64,000 nucleotides of DNA from Polyangiales bacterium (GTDB lineage: Bacteria > Myxococcota_A > Polyangia > Polyangiales > Ga0077539): NCBI GenBank assembly GCA_044229975.1, contig JBGARZ010000011.1:1-64000 (forward strand), given 5' to 3'. The notes under the pieces were generated by a model. The model was given only the letters and a program-made list of their open reading frames with translations. It was not told where the DNA came from and ran no database searches. Shown here in pieces: positions 9,896 through 18,473 of this stretch. Each line of letters starts with the position of its first letter. The first letter of the stretch is position 1. The position numbers were made by a program, and so were the translations under genes.

Positions 9896-10351
9896 GCCGC
9901 GGGTTGAAACCCACGGCAACGATGCGTGCGCCAGGAAGTCGCCTGAAGTCCGCGGCGGACTCTTATTGGGAGTCCGTTGCGGACTTTGAATACCTTGTTG
10001 TTCGCTCCATCGTTGCCGTGGGTTTCAACCCATTCATTTCTACACATCGGCGGCGCCCTTGGCCGCAGGTTGAAACCTGCGGCAACGATGCGTTCAGTGA
10101 GCGAGGCCGCTGCAAGTCCGCACGCGGACTTCATTCCGAGTCGTCGTCCCTTCGACAAGACTCCAGATAGGATCTCGCCGCACTTTCGAAGGCTCAAGAC
10201 CCCGAGCACAGTCCGCGTGCGGACTTGCAGTGCCGTCCCCCACCGAACGCATCGTTGCCGCAGGTTTCAACCTGCGGCTCAAGGGCGCCACCGATGTGTA
10301 GAAGTGAAAGGGTTTCAACCCGCGGCAACCCGCGGCAACCCGCGGCAACCC
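9896..10351. repeat. REP/BIME-like array of nested inverted repeats
   Basis: Units GTTGCCGYRGGTTTCAACCYGCGGC in alternating orientation; AGTCCG-n-CGGACT hairpins; ~115-bp arms 10014-10130 / 10210-10327; ends in (CAACCCGCGG)x3. Confidence 0.85.
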
Positions 10352-10384
10352 ATTGTCCATTGAACACATTTTGATTCCCCGAAT

Positions 10385-10456
10385 ACCCACCGAGGCTGTT
10401 GGAGAGACCACCGGCGTGCGAAGCCGGAAGGCGTGGTTCGATTCCACGGGTGGGTG
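10385..10456 (+). tRNA. Atypical tRNA-Arg(GCG) or tRNA-like RNA
   Basis: Acceptor ACCCACC/GGTGGGT, anticodon arm CCGGC-GTGCGAA-GCCGG, T arm CGTGG-TTCGATT-CCACG; G at position 8, bulged D stem, G32, no encoded CCA. Confidence 0.7.
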
Positions 10457-10460
10457 CATA

Positions 10461-10537
10461 GGGGGAGCCGCAGTACTACGCCGGGATACTTCCCTGTCAC
10501 GGACCAATCTCCCGGCGTGACCCTCCTCGGCTCCTTC
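10461..10537 (+). ncRNA. Short Y-RNA-like RNA 1
   Basis: Terminal stem GGGGAGCCG/CGGCTCCTT, internal loop CAGTAC opposite a pyrimidine tract, inner stem ACGCCGGGA/TCCCGGCGT followed by TACTTC; just upstream of Ro60. Confidence 0.7.
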
Positions 10538-10543
10538 GTTCGC

Positions 10544-10630
10544 GTGGCCGCAGTACAGCAGCGGGATACTTCAAGCCAAAGTGGTTCACGTAACCATTCC
10601 AAGACACCCGCTGCGCTCTTCCTCGGCCGC
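10544..10630 (+). ncRNA. Short Y-RNA-like RNA 2
   Basis: Same architecture with compensatory changes: GTGGCCG/CGGCCGC, CAGTAC, GCAGCGGG/CCCGCTGC, ATACTTC, CCTCGGC. Confidence 0.7.
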
Positions 10631-10682
10631 ATTCCTGTCCCGTGTCCGCAGATCGATTGTCTGCATTGCAAGGAGTCCCCCC

Positions 10683-12362
10683 ATGGCGCGTCTCGGCATG
10701 TCCTCTTCACGCTCCCTCGCGGCGTCCGTTCGTCACCCGGACCGCACGACCAACAAGGCCGGCGGCGAGGCCTTCGACATCCGCGACCCCTCGCTCCGCC
10801 TTCTCACCATGGTCGGCGGCTCCTTCTGGAACGAGCCGCAGTACTACGGCGACACCCCCGGCGCCGAGCGCCTCCCCGGCTTGTCCGATGAGGCCACGCT
10901 CGTCGTGAGCACGGCCGTCGAGATCGCCCGCGGCCCCAACCCCCGCGACCTCCTCGCGCTCGCCCTCTGGGCCCGCTCGGAGATGAACATCCGCACCACC
11001 CCACAGGTGCTCCTCGCCGTCGCGGCCAACGAGGTCGCGACCAAGCCCTTCGTGCGCGCGTACACCCCGAAGGTGGTGCAGCGCGCCGACGAGCTGCGGC
11101 AGGTGTTCGCCGCGCACCTCTCGCTCTTCGCGGGGGGAGTGGGCGCCAACCAGCACGGGCAGAAGCTGCCCAACTCGCTGAAGAAGGGCCTCGCCGACGC
11201 GTTCGGACGGTTCTCCGAGGCGCAGTTGATGAAGTACGACTCGACCGTGCGCCCGACGTTTCGCGACGTCCTCCGCATGATCGATCGGTCGCGCGACCGC
11301 GGTCTCCCGCAGCCGCTCTTCCGGTACCTCACGACGGGTGAGATCACCGACCCGCTGGCGACGCCCGTCGCCGCCGCGCGCAAGCGCCTCGCGCAGAAGA
11401 CCGCCCTCGACGACGAGGCGCGCGAGCTGATTCGCGAGACGCACTGCACGTGGGAGGTGGTGCTCTCGCAGTTCGGCAACACCCGCGAGACGTGGGAGGC
11501 CGTGCTGCCGGAGATGGGCTACATGGCCGTGCTCCGCAACCTGCGCAACCTCGCGGTGAGCGGCGTCGACCTCACGCCCGTGCTGGCGAAGATCGCCGAT
11601 CCGAAGGAGGTCGCGCGCTCGCGACAGCTCCCGTTCCGCTTCTGGAGCGCGTACCTCACGCTCCAGCAGGCCAACGCGCTCACGTCCAAGGCGGCCGACG
11701 CCCTGGAGGACGCGCTGGCGCACTCCACGGCCGCGCTCTCGCGGCTCCCCGGCGTGACCGTCGTGGCCTCGGACAACTCCGGGTCCATGGGCACGCCGGT
11801 GAGCGCGAAGAGCATGGTGACGCGGCAGGTGGCGGCCAACCTGTTGGCGGCCATCGCGCAGCGCATCTCCGACGAGGGCCACGCGATGGTCTTCGGCGAG
11901 ACCGCGGCGCTGGTGCCGATCTCGACGCGCGACGGGCTCCTCACCAACGTGCGGAAGCAGTCGGAGACCGACGTGGGTCACTCGACCAACGCGCACCGCG
12001 CGGTGGAGCTCATGATCGAGAAGAAGATCAAGGCCGACCGGCTCATCGTCTTCTCCGACATGCAGTGCTGGAACAGCGCCGGCGACGGCCACACCCTCGC
12101 GGGCGCGGTCGCGAAGTACCGGCGCACGGTGAACGCATCGCTCTTCGTCCACTCCGTCGACCTGGCGGGCTCGGGCAAGAGCGCAGTGGTCCCGGACGAC
12201 CCGCGCACCAACCTGGTGAGCGGGTTCAGCGAGAAGGTGCTCGGCACCGTGCTCGCGTTCGAAGGAGCGGTGACCGCGGGCGCGACGGCGACGGCGGGCC
12301 CGCGTGAGGCGACGGTGGCGAAGGCGCTGCCGACGCTCGACGACATCCGGTCGCGCTACTGA
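10683..12362 (+). CDS. rsr: Ro60/TROVE domain RNA-binding protein with VWA domain
   Basis: AAGGAG RBS; NKAGGEAF, MGYMAVLRNLRN and SRQLPFRF TROVE motifs; MIDAS DNSGSM...FSDMQ. Confidence 0.9.
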   Translation: MARLGMSSSRSLAASVRHPDRTTNKAGGEAFDIRDPSLRLLTMVGGSFWNEPQYYGDTPGAERLPGLSDEATLVVSTAVEIARGPNPRDLLALALWARSEMNIRTTPQVLLAVAANEVATKPFVRAYTPKVVQRADELRQVFAAHLSLFAGGVGANQHGQKLPNSLKKGLADAFGRFSEAQLMKYDSTVRPTFRDVLRMIDRSRDRGLPQPLFRYLTTGEITDPLATPVAAARKRLAQKTALDDEARELIRETHCTWEVVLSQFGNTRETWEAVLPEMGYMAVLRNLRNLAVSGVDLTPVLAKIADPKEVARSRQLPFRFWSAYLTLQQANALTSKAADALEDALAHSTAALSRLPGVTVVASDNSGSMGTPVSAKSMVTRQVAANLLAAIAQRISDEGHAMVFGETAALVPISTRDGLLTNVRKQSETDVGHSTNAHRAVELMIEKKIKADRLIVFSDMQCWNSAGDGHTLAGAVAKYRRTVNASLFVHSVDLAGSGKSAVVPDDPRTNLVSGFSEKVLGTVLAFEGAVTAGATATAGPREATVAKALPTLDDIRSRY

Positions 12363-12381
12363 GCACGACGGCACAGACGGT

Positions 12382-12508
12382 GTACTCGGCAGTACAGCGC
12401 GGGGATTCATCGGTTCGAATCCCTTCGTGGCCCACCTACGGGCCGCGGCGCTCAAATCGCAGCGATGCGATCGGGAGCAATTGCTCCGCGCGCCCATTCT
12501 CCGAGCAT
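12382..12508 (+). ncRNA. YrlA-like Y RNA (circularly permuted tRNA mimic)
   Basis: CTCGG/CCGAG and GCGCGG/CCGCGC closing stems with a CAGTAC loop; inside, in order: T loop GGTTCGAATCC, loop-closed acceptor-like stem GTGGCCC/GGGCCGC, D-arm-like GCTC...GG-GAGC carrying an ATCGCA-GCGA-TGCGAT insert. Confidence 0.75.
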
Positions 12509-12521
12509 GAACCACGACGAA

Positions 12522-12577
12522 CGGCCCCATGGACTCCGCCTTCTCCCGGCAACGGGTGGCGAGCGTTCATGGGGCCG
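12522..12577. terminator. Long hairpin between convergent units (possible terminator or processing signal)
   Basis: CGGCCCCATGGAC/GTTCATGGGGCCG stem capped by CCCG-GCAA-CGGG; no U-tract. Confidence 0.35.
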
Positions 12578-12626
12578 CACGCCGTTCACGGTTTCGACAG
12601 AGCGGCGCCCGCAGGCACCGGAGTGC

Positions 12627-13388
12627 CTACAGCACGAAGGGCAGCACCGCGCGTCGCTCGCTCGGATAGTCCGCGAAGCGCTCGCGGTACCAGCGGTGGT
12701 GCGCAATGGCGCGCGGGAGGAGGTTGGCCACCGTCCAGACCGCGAAGGCCACGGCCGGGAGGCTGCGGGTGCAGAGCGCGAAGCCCGCCCACTCGACCAT
12801 CTCGCCCAGGTAGTTGGGGCACGACACCCATCGATAGGGCCCCCCATACGGAACGCGGTACCCACCCTCCCCCTCGCGCCGCAGCCCGCGCAGCACCTCG
12901 TCGGCGTGGACGTTCACCGCCATGCCGCCGACGAAGAGCGCCAGCCCGATGACGAAGCACGGATCGCGATACCACCCCGGCGCGTAGCCCGGCCCGAGCG
13001 CGAAGAGCCAACGCCCGTTGGTGTACCCGTTGATGACGTTGAAGAACGCCCCCGACAGCGCGACCAGCCACGGCATCGGCGTGGCCTTGCCCCGCCAGCG
13101 GAAGGGCTGCACCAGCGTTCGGTTGGCGTAGTGCAACAGCCACATCGCGAGGAAGAGCCACGCCCACGACTCACCGCGGTGCCGCCCCGTCGCGAAGGTG
13201 GCCACCATCAGCGTCGGCGACGCGGCCTCCATCAGCACCCATCCCCAGCGCGAGTCGAGCGTCGGCCCGGCCCAGGCGCTCGCGTGCCGACCGTACGGCG
13301 CGCCGCGGAAGAGCAGCACCACCAGCACCACGGCGGCGAGCGCGATCCACGCCGGGAGCAGCGCGCGAAGGGCCACTGCCTCGCTCAA
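12627..13388 (-). CDS. Steroid 5-alpha-reductase-like membrane enzyme (3-oxo-5-alpha-steroid 4-dehydrogenase family)
   Basis: APYGRH, GWVLME, HYANR, YRVPYGG, SCPNYLGEMVEW, NLLPRAIAHHRWY; TTG start overlaps the upstream stop. Confidence 0.9.
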   Translation of the reverse strand: MSEAVALRALLPAWIALAAVVLVVLLFRGAPYGRHASAWAGPTLDSRWGWVLMEAASPTLMVATFATGRHRGESWAWLFLAMWLLHYANRTLVQPFRWRGKATPMPWLVALSGAFFNVINGYTNGRWLFALGPGYAPGWYRDPCFVIGLALFVGGMAVNVHADEVLRGLRREGEGGYRVPYGGPYRWVSCPNYLGEMVEWAGFALCTRSLPAVAFAVWTVANLLPRAIAHHRWYRERFADYPSERRAVLPFVL

Positions 13389-14383
13389 GCGAGCATCCCC
13401 TGCTGGCCGTACCACTCCATCATCTCGCGCACGGTGTCTTCGAGCGGGCGCGGCCGGTGACCCAACACCCGCGCGGCCTTCGCGTGCGAGACCGATCGCC
13501 GCGTGTCGAGCGTGTGCAGCGCCGCGTGCGTGAAGGGCGTGCGCCACTGGAAGAGCCCCATCACCGCATCCACGGCGGGAACGATCGCCTGGAGCGGTCG
13601 CAGCGGCAGGACGATGGGCGGCGGCCGGCGACCCACCGCGCGCGCCGCGTACCCTGCGACCTCCAGCGCCTCGGCGCGTCGACCGCCGACGATGTAGTGC
13701 TCGCCCGCGGGTGCGAGCGCGGGGTCTTCCGCCGCGAGGCCGGCGGCGATGACGTCGCGCACGTCGACCCAGTCGAAGCCGCCGCGCACGAGCACGGGCT
13801 CCTTGCCGAGGGCGGCGCGGCGCAGCCAGCGGCCCTGGTTGGAGGTTCCGTGGTCGAAGGGGCCGAGCACGCCGGTGGGGTGCAGCGTGACGGCGTCGAG
13901 CCCGACGGTGACGGCCTCGTCGACGACCATGCTGCCGCGCGCCTTGGTGCGATCGTACGCGGGCATCGAGGCGTGGGTGGCGTAGGCGCGTCCCTCGTCG
14001 AGCACGTCGTCCGAGCGGTCGGCGTGGAAGGCGTGAATCGAGCTGTAGTGGATCATGCGCGCCCCGTGGGTCCGCGCGGCGGCGGCGACGTGACGCACGC
14101 CCTCGACGTTGACGGCCTCCATCAGCGAGAGGTCCCACGGGTGCAGTCGGACGAGCGCCGCGAGGTGGTGCACGGAGCCGCAGCCCTCCATCGCACGCTG
14201 CACCGAGGCCGCGTCGCGGACGTCGCCGCGCACGCGCTCCACGTCGAGCCCGGTGAGCGCGGACTCGGTGTGGTGGACCATCACGCGCACCGGCCGCCCC
14301 GCCGCGAGGAGGGAGCGCACCAGCGCCGAACCGAGGTGCCCGGTGGCGCCCGTCACGAGAACCTTCGACTGCATCTCTGTCAT
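13385..14383 (-). CDS. NAD-dependent epimerase/dehydratase (3-beta-HSD/dihydroflavonol reductase-like extended SDR)
   Basis: VLVTGATGHLG, HLAA, YxxxK (YDRTK), VDVRDV. Confidence 0.85.
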   Translation of the reverse strand: MTEMQSKVLVTGATGHLGSALVRSLLAAGRPVRVMVHHTESALTGLDVERVRGDVRDAASVQRAMEGCGSVHHLAALVRLHPWDLSLMEAVNVEGVRHVAAAARTHGARMIHYSSIHAFHADRSDDVLDEGRAYATHASMPAYDRTKARGSMVVDEAVTVGLDAVTLHPTGVLGPFDHGTSNQGRWLRRAALGKEPVLVRGGFDWVDVRDVIAAGLAAEDPALAPAGEHYIVGGRRAEALEVAGYAARAVGRRPPPIVLPLRPLQAIVPAVDAVMGLFQWRTPFTHAALHTLDTRRSVSHAKAARVLGHRPRPLEDTVREMMEWYGQQGMLA

Positions 14384-14426
14384 CTCCGCTTGACTCGCAC
14401 CGAAGCTAAGCCACGTCGCGGCAACG

Positions 14427-15446
14427 TCACCAGCGGTTGCGCGTCTCCTCGGCGAACCCACGGAGACGCTCGATGACGACCACCCGACCATCGCCGCCGG
14501 TGACCGTGCCCGACCACGTTCCGAAGCACTGGTGCACCTCCATCTTGAGGAGCTTCACGTCGACCCTCTCGTAGCGGTCGAAGGTCGGCATGAGCGTCAC
14601 GTCCACCTGCGATGACCCGCGCGAGCGCACCCGCCACGGGCGCAACGGATGGTCCCAGTCGTAGGTCCATTCGAGCTCCTCGCCGATCTTGGTGAGGCGA
14701 CCGTCGAGGCAGAGCGCGTTCTCGGTGTAGCCGGTTCCTTCGGTCCACTTGCCGCCGAACTGCAAGCCGACGAGGCGACCCTCCGTAGAGCGCCCGGAGG
14801 CGGCGGCCCAGTTCCAGTGGTTGGCGTACGGCCAGATGCCGCGACCGAGGTCCTGCACCGCCCACGCGTCGTCACCGACGGCCCAGCGTCGATCGCCGAC
14901 GGACACCACACCGCGCACCGGCCGCGCGTTGTGCTTCGACGTGAACTGAAACTGCTCGTCGCTCCACGGGATCACCACGTTGAGCGACTCGTGCCCCGCG
15001 GGCTTGTCGACCGTGAGCTCCACGTCGAGCCGACCGTGCCGCGTCGACGGCGCAACGGCGCGCAGCAACGTGGCCGAGGGCGTCTCGTCGATGGTCATCG
15101 AGAGCGACCGCGTCGACACCGCAGTGGTGCCCGTACACACCTGCTCCGGCAGCGCGAACCCGCGACCGAAGAGCGCGAACGTGTCGACCTTCGTCGCGCG
15201 GTGGTCGACGGCGTCGAGCACCCAGCAGCCCGCGAGGCCCGCGTAGTCGACGTCGGCGTACACGAGCGCCACGACCACGTCGGGCGTCATCACGCACCAG
15301 TAGTCCCAGCGCTTCTTGCGGCCGTGCGCGCCGCGCAGGTTGGCCCGCAGCATCGGGGCCCGCGACCATCCGCGCGCGACCGGGTTCAGTCGCCCGTTGG
15401 CGTCGCAGAGGTCGACCGGGTCGGTGAGTTCGCGCTCGTGTCCCAT
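14427..15446 (-). CDS. DUF2804 family protein
   Basis: GWSR, RKKRWDYW, DLGRGIWPY..WNWA, TENA, VHQCFG, GFAEE..NRW. Confidence 0.75.
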   Translation of the reverse strand: MGHERELTDPVDLCDANGRLNPVARGWSRAPMLRANLRGAHGRKKRWDYWCVMTPDVVVALVYADVDYAGLAGCWVLDAVDHRATKVDTFALFGRGFALPEQVCTGTTAVSTRSLSMTIDETPSATLLRAVAPSTRHGRLDVELTVDKPAGHESLNVVIPWSDEQFQFTSKHNARPVRGVVSVGDRRWAVGDDAWAVQDLGRGIWPYANHWNWAAASGRSTEGRLVGLQFGGKWTEGTGYTENALCLDGRLTKIGEELEWTYDWDHPLRPWRVRSRGSSQVDVTLMPTFDRYERVDVKLLKMEVHQCFGTWSGTVTGGDGRVVVIERLRGFAEETRNRW

Positions 15447-15477
15447 CGCGCGACGGATCTTCGCGCGGATCGCCTTC

Positions 15478-16074
15478 CTACGCCCGACCGCCCGCGTCGA
15501 ACGCGCGGAGCGTGACCGAGATGCGTCGGCGCCCGCTCCGCGCCGAGTGCGGCACCTCGTGCGTCCACGCCTGGTTGGTGTCGTACGGCAGCACGAACAC
15601 CGCGCCGTCGTGCGCGACGAAATCCCGCACACCGTCGGCCCGCCAGGGCCGCAGACGAAACGTCCGCTCCGCCCCGAAGGACACGGTCACGATGGGCGCG
15701 CCGCGCACCATGTCGATGGTGCTGTCGCGGTGCTTGCCGATGTAGTGCCCGCGCTCAGCGTCGTACCAGTTGAGCAGCAGGCCGTTGAGCCGAGCGTCGA
15801 TCTGCTCGCGCGCCCACGCGTGCAGCGCGCTCAGGTCGCCCGGCACGGGCAAGGCCCGGTTGAGGTTGCCCGTGTACCGGTAGTCGGCGCCGTAGGCCTG
15901 CTGCCAGCGCGGCGTCTTGACCAGACGCCCGTGCATCTTGATCTCGTGAAACTCATCCGGGTGCAGCGCCCACAGCGCCTCGAAGGCCGCGTCGTCGAGG
16001 CGCAGCTCGGCGGACAGCGAGCCCACGAAGAACGAGTGACGGTCGTCGAGACGGTGTTCTACGAGGTCGATCAC
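15478..16074 (-). CDS. AlkB-family 2OG-Fe(II) dioxygenase
   Basis: TPRWQQAYG, LLNWY, HRD (HxD), THEVP, RISVTLR. Confidence 0.88.
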   Translation of the reverse strand: MIDLVEHRLDDRHSFFVGSLSAELRLDDAAFEALWALHPDEFHEIKMHGRLVKTPRWQQAYGADYRYTGNLNRALPVPGDLSALHAWAREQIDARLNGLLLNWYDAERGHYIGKHRDSTIDMVRGAPIVTVSFGAERTFRLRPWRADGVRDFVAHDGAVFVLPYDTNQAWTHEVPHSARSGRRRISVTLRAFDAGGRA

Positions 16075-16183
16075 GACCCGCGATATGAACAGATGCACAG
16101 TGCCCGTCAAGGCGTCGCCGGGTCGCGGTGATGTCCTACTGGGGACACCGGTTTCTCCTCCGCTTCCAACGGTAGGACAGATC

Positions 16184-16427
16184 GCCGCGTCCACGCCGGA
16201 GTTCACCGTGCCGCCGCTGCGCCCGTCGCGCTCGGTTCACTCCACGGCTATTTCACGCGGATGGCCCCGCCGAAGCGGGGCTCAGGGCGCACTGAGAGGC
16301 ATTCGAGCGTCCCCGGGTGGACGCGCGGAGCCCCGCTTCGGCGGGGCCATCCGCGTGAAATAGCCGTGGAGTGAACCGAGCGCGACGGGCGCAGCGGCGG
16401 CACGGTGAACTCCGGCGTGGACGCGGC
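16184..16427. repeat. Perfect 100-bp inverted repeat with 44-bp spacer (REPIN/MITE-like)
   Basis: 16184-16283 is the exact reverse complement of 16328-16427; each arm carries a GCCCCGC-n4-GCGGGGC hairpin. Confidence 0.92.
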
Positions 16428-16479
16428 AGGTTCTCAACCTCGAACACCGCAACTCAAACTCCGATACGACACACGTCGC

Positions 16480-16593
16480 TCAGATCCACCGCAGCCAAAG
16501 CAGCTCGTCGACGTTCACCAGCGGAAGCACGACGTGCTTCGGCCAGAGCATCGTGTAGACGGCGGGCGTCGTGCGCGCGGGCTTCTTCGCCAT
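16480..16593 (-). CDS. Possible 37-aa small protein or gene remnant ([17 protein letters not shown]...)
   Basis: Strong GC3 codon bias in an otherwise empty intergenic gap. Confidence 0.3.
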   Translation of the reverse strand: MAKKPARTTPAVYTMLWPKHVVLPLVNVDELLWLRWI

Positions 16594-16708
16594 GCGCGAC
16601 TCTATCAGTCGCCATCGAAAACCACGCCGACCCGACCGCAGCCCTCACCCTTCCGAGCATCGACGGGCAGCGCTACGGACCTCATCGCGCTACGGCGCGA
16701 GAGGAGCC

Positions 16709-17335
16709 GTGACCCGCGTGGCCGAGTTCTGGGAAGTCGCGTTCGTCGAGAAGCAGATGATGTGGGGCGTCGAGCCGACCCGGTCGGCCCTCGTCGCGCG
16801 CGACCTCTTCGTGCGAACGGGCATCCGGGATGTGCTCATTCCGGGCGTTGGCTACGGCCGCAACGCCCGCGCCTTCCTCGACGCCAGGATGTCCGTCACG
16901 GGCATCGAGATCTCCGAGACCGCCATCGCCCTCGCGCGATCACAGCTCGGCCTCGACATCCCCATCCACCACGGCTCGGTGACGGACATGCCGTACGACC
17001 ATCGTCGGTACGACGGCATCTTCTGCTACGGGCTCCTCTACCTGCTGGACGCCGACGCACGGGCGAAGCTCATCCGCGACTGCTTCGAGCAGCTCGCGCC
17101 CGGCGGACACATGGTCTTCACGGTCATCTCGAAGGAGGCCCCGATGTACGGCCGGGGGCCGCGGCTCGGCGACGACTGGTTCGAGGTGCACCCCGGCGTC
17201 CCGATGTTCTTCTACGACGCCGACTCGATCGCGGCGGCGTTTGGTCCGTACGGGCTCGTCGAGTCGTCACGCATCGATGAGCCCGCGCACAACAGCACGC
17301 TGCCGTTCATCAACGTGATCTGCACGAAGGCGTGA
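16709..17335 (+). CDS. Class I SAM-dependent methyltransferase
   Basis: GAGGAG RBS with [15 protein letters not shown] motif I, GIEIS, YDGIF, LAPGG. Confidence 0.85.
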   Translation: MTRVAEFWEVAFVEKQMMWGVEPTRSALVARDLFVRTGIRDVLIPGVGYGRNARAFLDARMSVTGIEISETAIALARSQLGLDIPIHHGSVTDMPYDHRRYDGIFCYGLLYLLDADARAKLIRDCFEQLAPGGHMVFTVISKEAPMYGRGPRLGDDWFEVHPGVPMFFYDADSIAAAFGPYGLVESSRIDEPAHNSTLPFINVICTKA

Positions 17336-17349
17336 CCCGCGATCTGGCG

Positions 17350-17904
17350 TCAACGAGTCGACTGCGTCGCGTACACCACCGGCAGGCCCCACTCGTCGAA
17401 GGAGATGCGCAGGCTCTCCAGCTCGTCGACCGGGTCGAGCGCGGGCGACGCCTCGGTGGCCTCCACGATGCGGGCGAGCGCCTCGGTGCTGTGCCGTAGC
17501 TGCCGCGCGCCGGCGATGGCGATCTGCTCCTGAAAACGCAGCGCGAGCGGGCTCTGCGCGCGGAGCAGCGTCTCGAACACGTCGCGTCCCAGCTCCAGCA
17601 GCGCGACGTCGGTGCGGGCGCGCACCGTGGCCGTCCGCGGCGAGCGGTCGACCAGCGCCACCTGCCCGAGCAGCGAGCCCGTCGGCATCACGGCGACGAC
17701 GCGCTCGGCCTCGCCCACGCGCTTCACCACCTCTACCTCGCCGCGCACCAGCACGAGGCACGATCGACCCGGCTCGCCCTCGCGCAGCAGCACGTCGCCC
17801 GCGCGCGCCGCGCGAGCCGTCGCCGCCCCGACGAGCGTGTCGAGCTCGGCGTCGTCGAAGCGTTCGAGCGCGGTGAGGCCGCGCAGCATCGCCCGGGTGA
17901 TCAC
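17350..17904 (-). CDS. Stand-alone cyclic-nucleotide-binding domain protein
   Basis: LLREGEPG, LLGQVALVD..PRTATVRA; GTGA overlap with the upstream paralogue. Confidence 0.85.
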   Translation of the reverse strand: MITRAMLRGLTALERFDDAELDTLVGAATARAARAGDVLLREGEPGRSCLVLVRGEVEVVKRVGEAERVVAVMPTGSLLGQVALVDRSPRTATVRARTDVALLELGRDVFETLLRAQSPLALRFQEQIAIAGARQLRHSTEALARIVEATEASPALDPVDELESLRISFDEWGLPVVYATQSTR

Positions 17905-18473
17905 GACTGCCCCCGCAGGCGGTCGAGGAAGCGGCGCATGGTCGCGACGGCTCCGCCCTCGACAGGGGGAGGCGGCGCGCTGCGGGGAGGCGGCGTGCTG
18001 GGGACGGCGGTCGCGCCGATGAGCTCGGAGACGCGGGCGTCGACGTCGCGGAAGCGCCGGGTGATGTCGCGGATGATGGCGCCCATGACCGCGGAGTACA
18101 CCGACGGCGCGGCCGAACGCAGCCGGGTGATGTCTGCGCCCGAGAGCTCGCAGACCATGGTCGGCGCGGTGGCGATGATGGTGGCCGAGCGCGGCGCCGG
18201 GTCGATGACGCACAGCTCGCCGAGCACCTCGCCGCCCCGCACCGTCGCGACCTCGGCGTCGTAGCCGTCGGGCCGACGGACGCGCACCGAGAGCGCGCCG
18301 TGGTGCACCACCATCATCGTGTCGCCCTGCTCGCCCTGGCGAAACAGGATCTCGTTCGCGTTGAGGCGACGCTCCCGCATGCTGAGCAGCAGCGCGTCGC
18401 ACTCGTCGTCGCTCAGCGACGCAAACGCCTTGACGTATCGGATGATGGTCCGATTGACGATTGAGGGCTCCAT
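17901..18473 (-). CDS. Stand-alone cyclic-nucleotide-binding domain protein
   Basis: LFRQGEQG, VLGEL..IDPAPRSATIIA; GGAGG RBS. Confidence 0.85.
   Translation of the reverse strand: MEPSIVNRTIIRYVKAFASLSDDECDALLLSMRERRLNANEILFRQGEQGDTMMVVHHGALSVRVRRPDGYDAEVATVRGGEVLGELCVIDPAPRSATIIATAPTMVCELSGADITRLRSAAPSVYSAVMGAIIRDITRRFRDVDARVSELIGATAVPSTPPPRSAPPPPVEGGAVATMRRFLDRLRGQS

Noticed and set aside
9896..10351. CRISPR array (GTTTCAAC/GTTGAAAC resembles CRISPR repeat ends)
   Set aside because: Units alternate in orientation, spacers are themselves inverted copies, spacing is irregular and no cas genes are present.
9541..10710. ORFs 9541-9870, 9709-10170, 9892-10209, 9977-10363, 10094-10507 and 10315-10710
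   Set aside because: They are translations of repeats and RNA genes, with no codon bias or motifs.
15478..17335. AlkB-like and methyltransferase genes as members of the Ro60/tRNA module
   Set aside because: They lie between the two loci but lack the shared promoter box and are not co-transcribed with either; proximity alone is insufficient.
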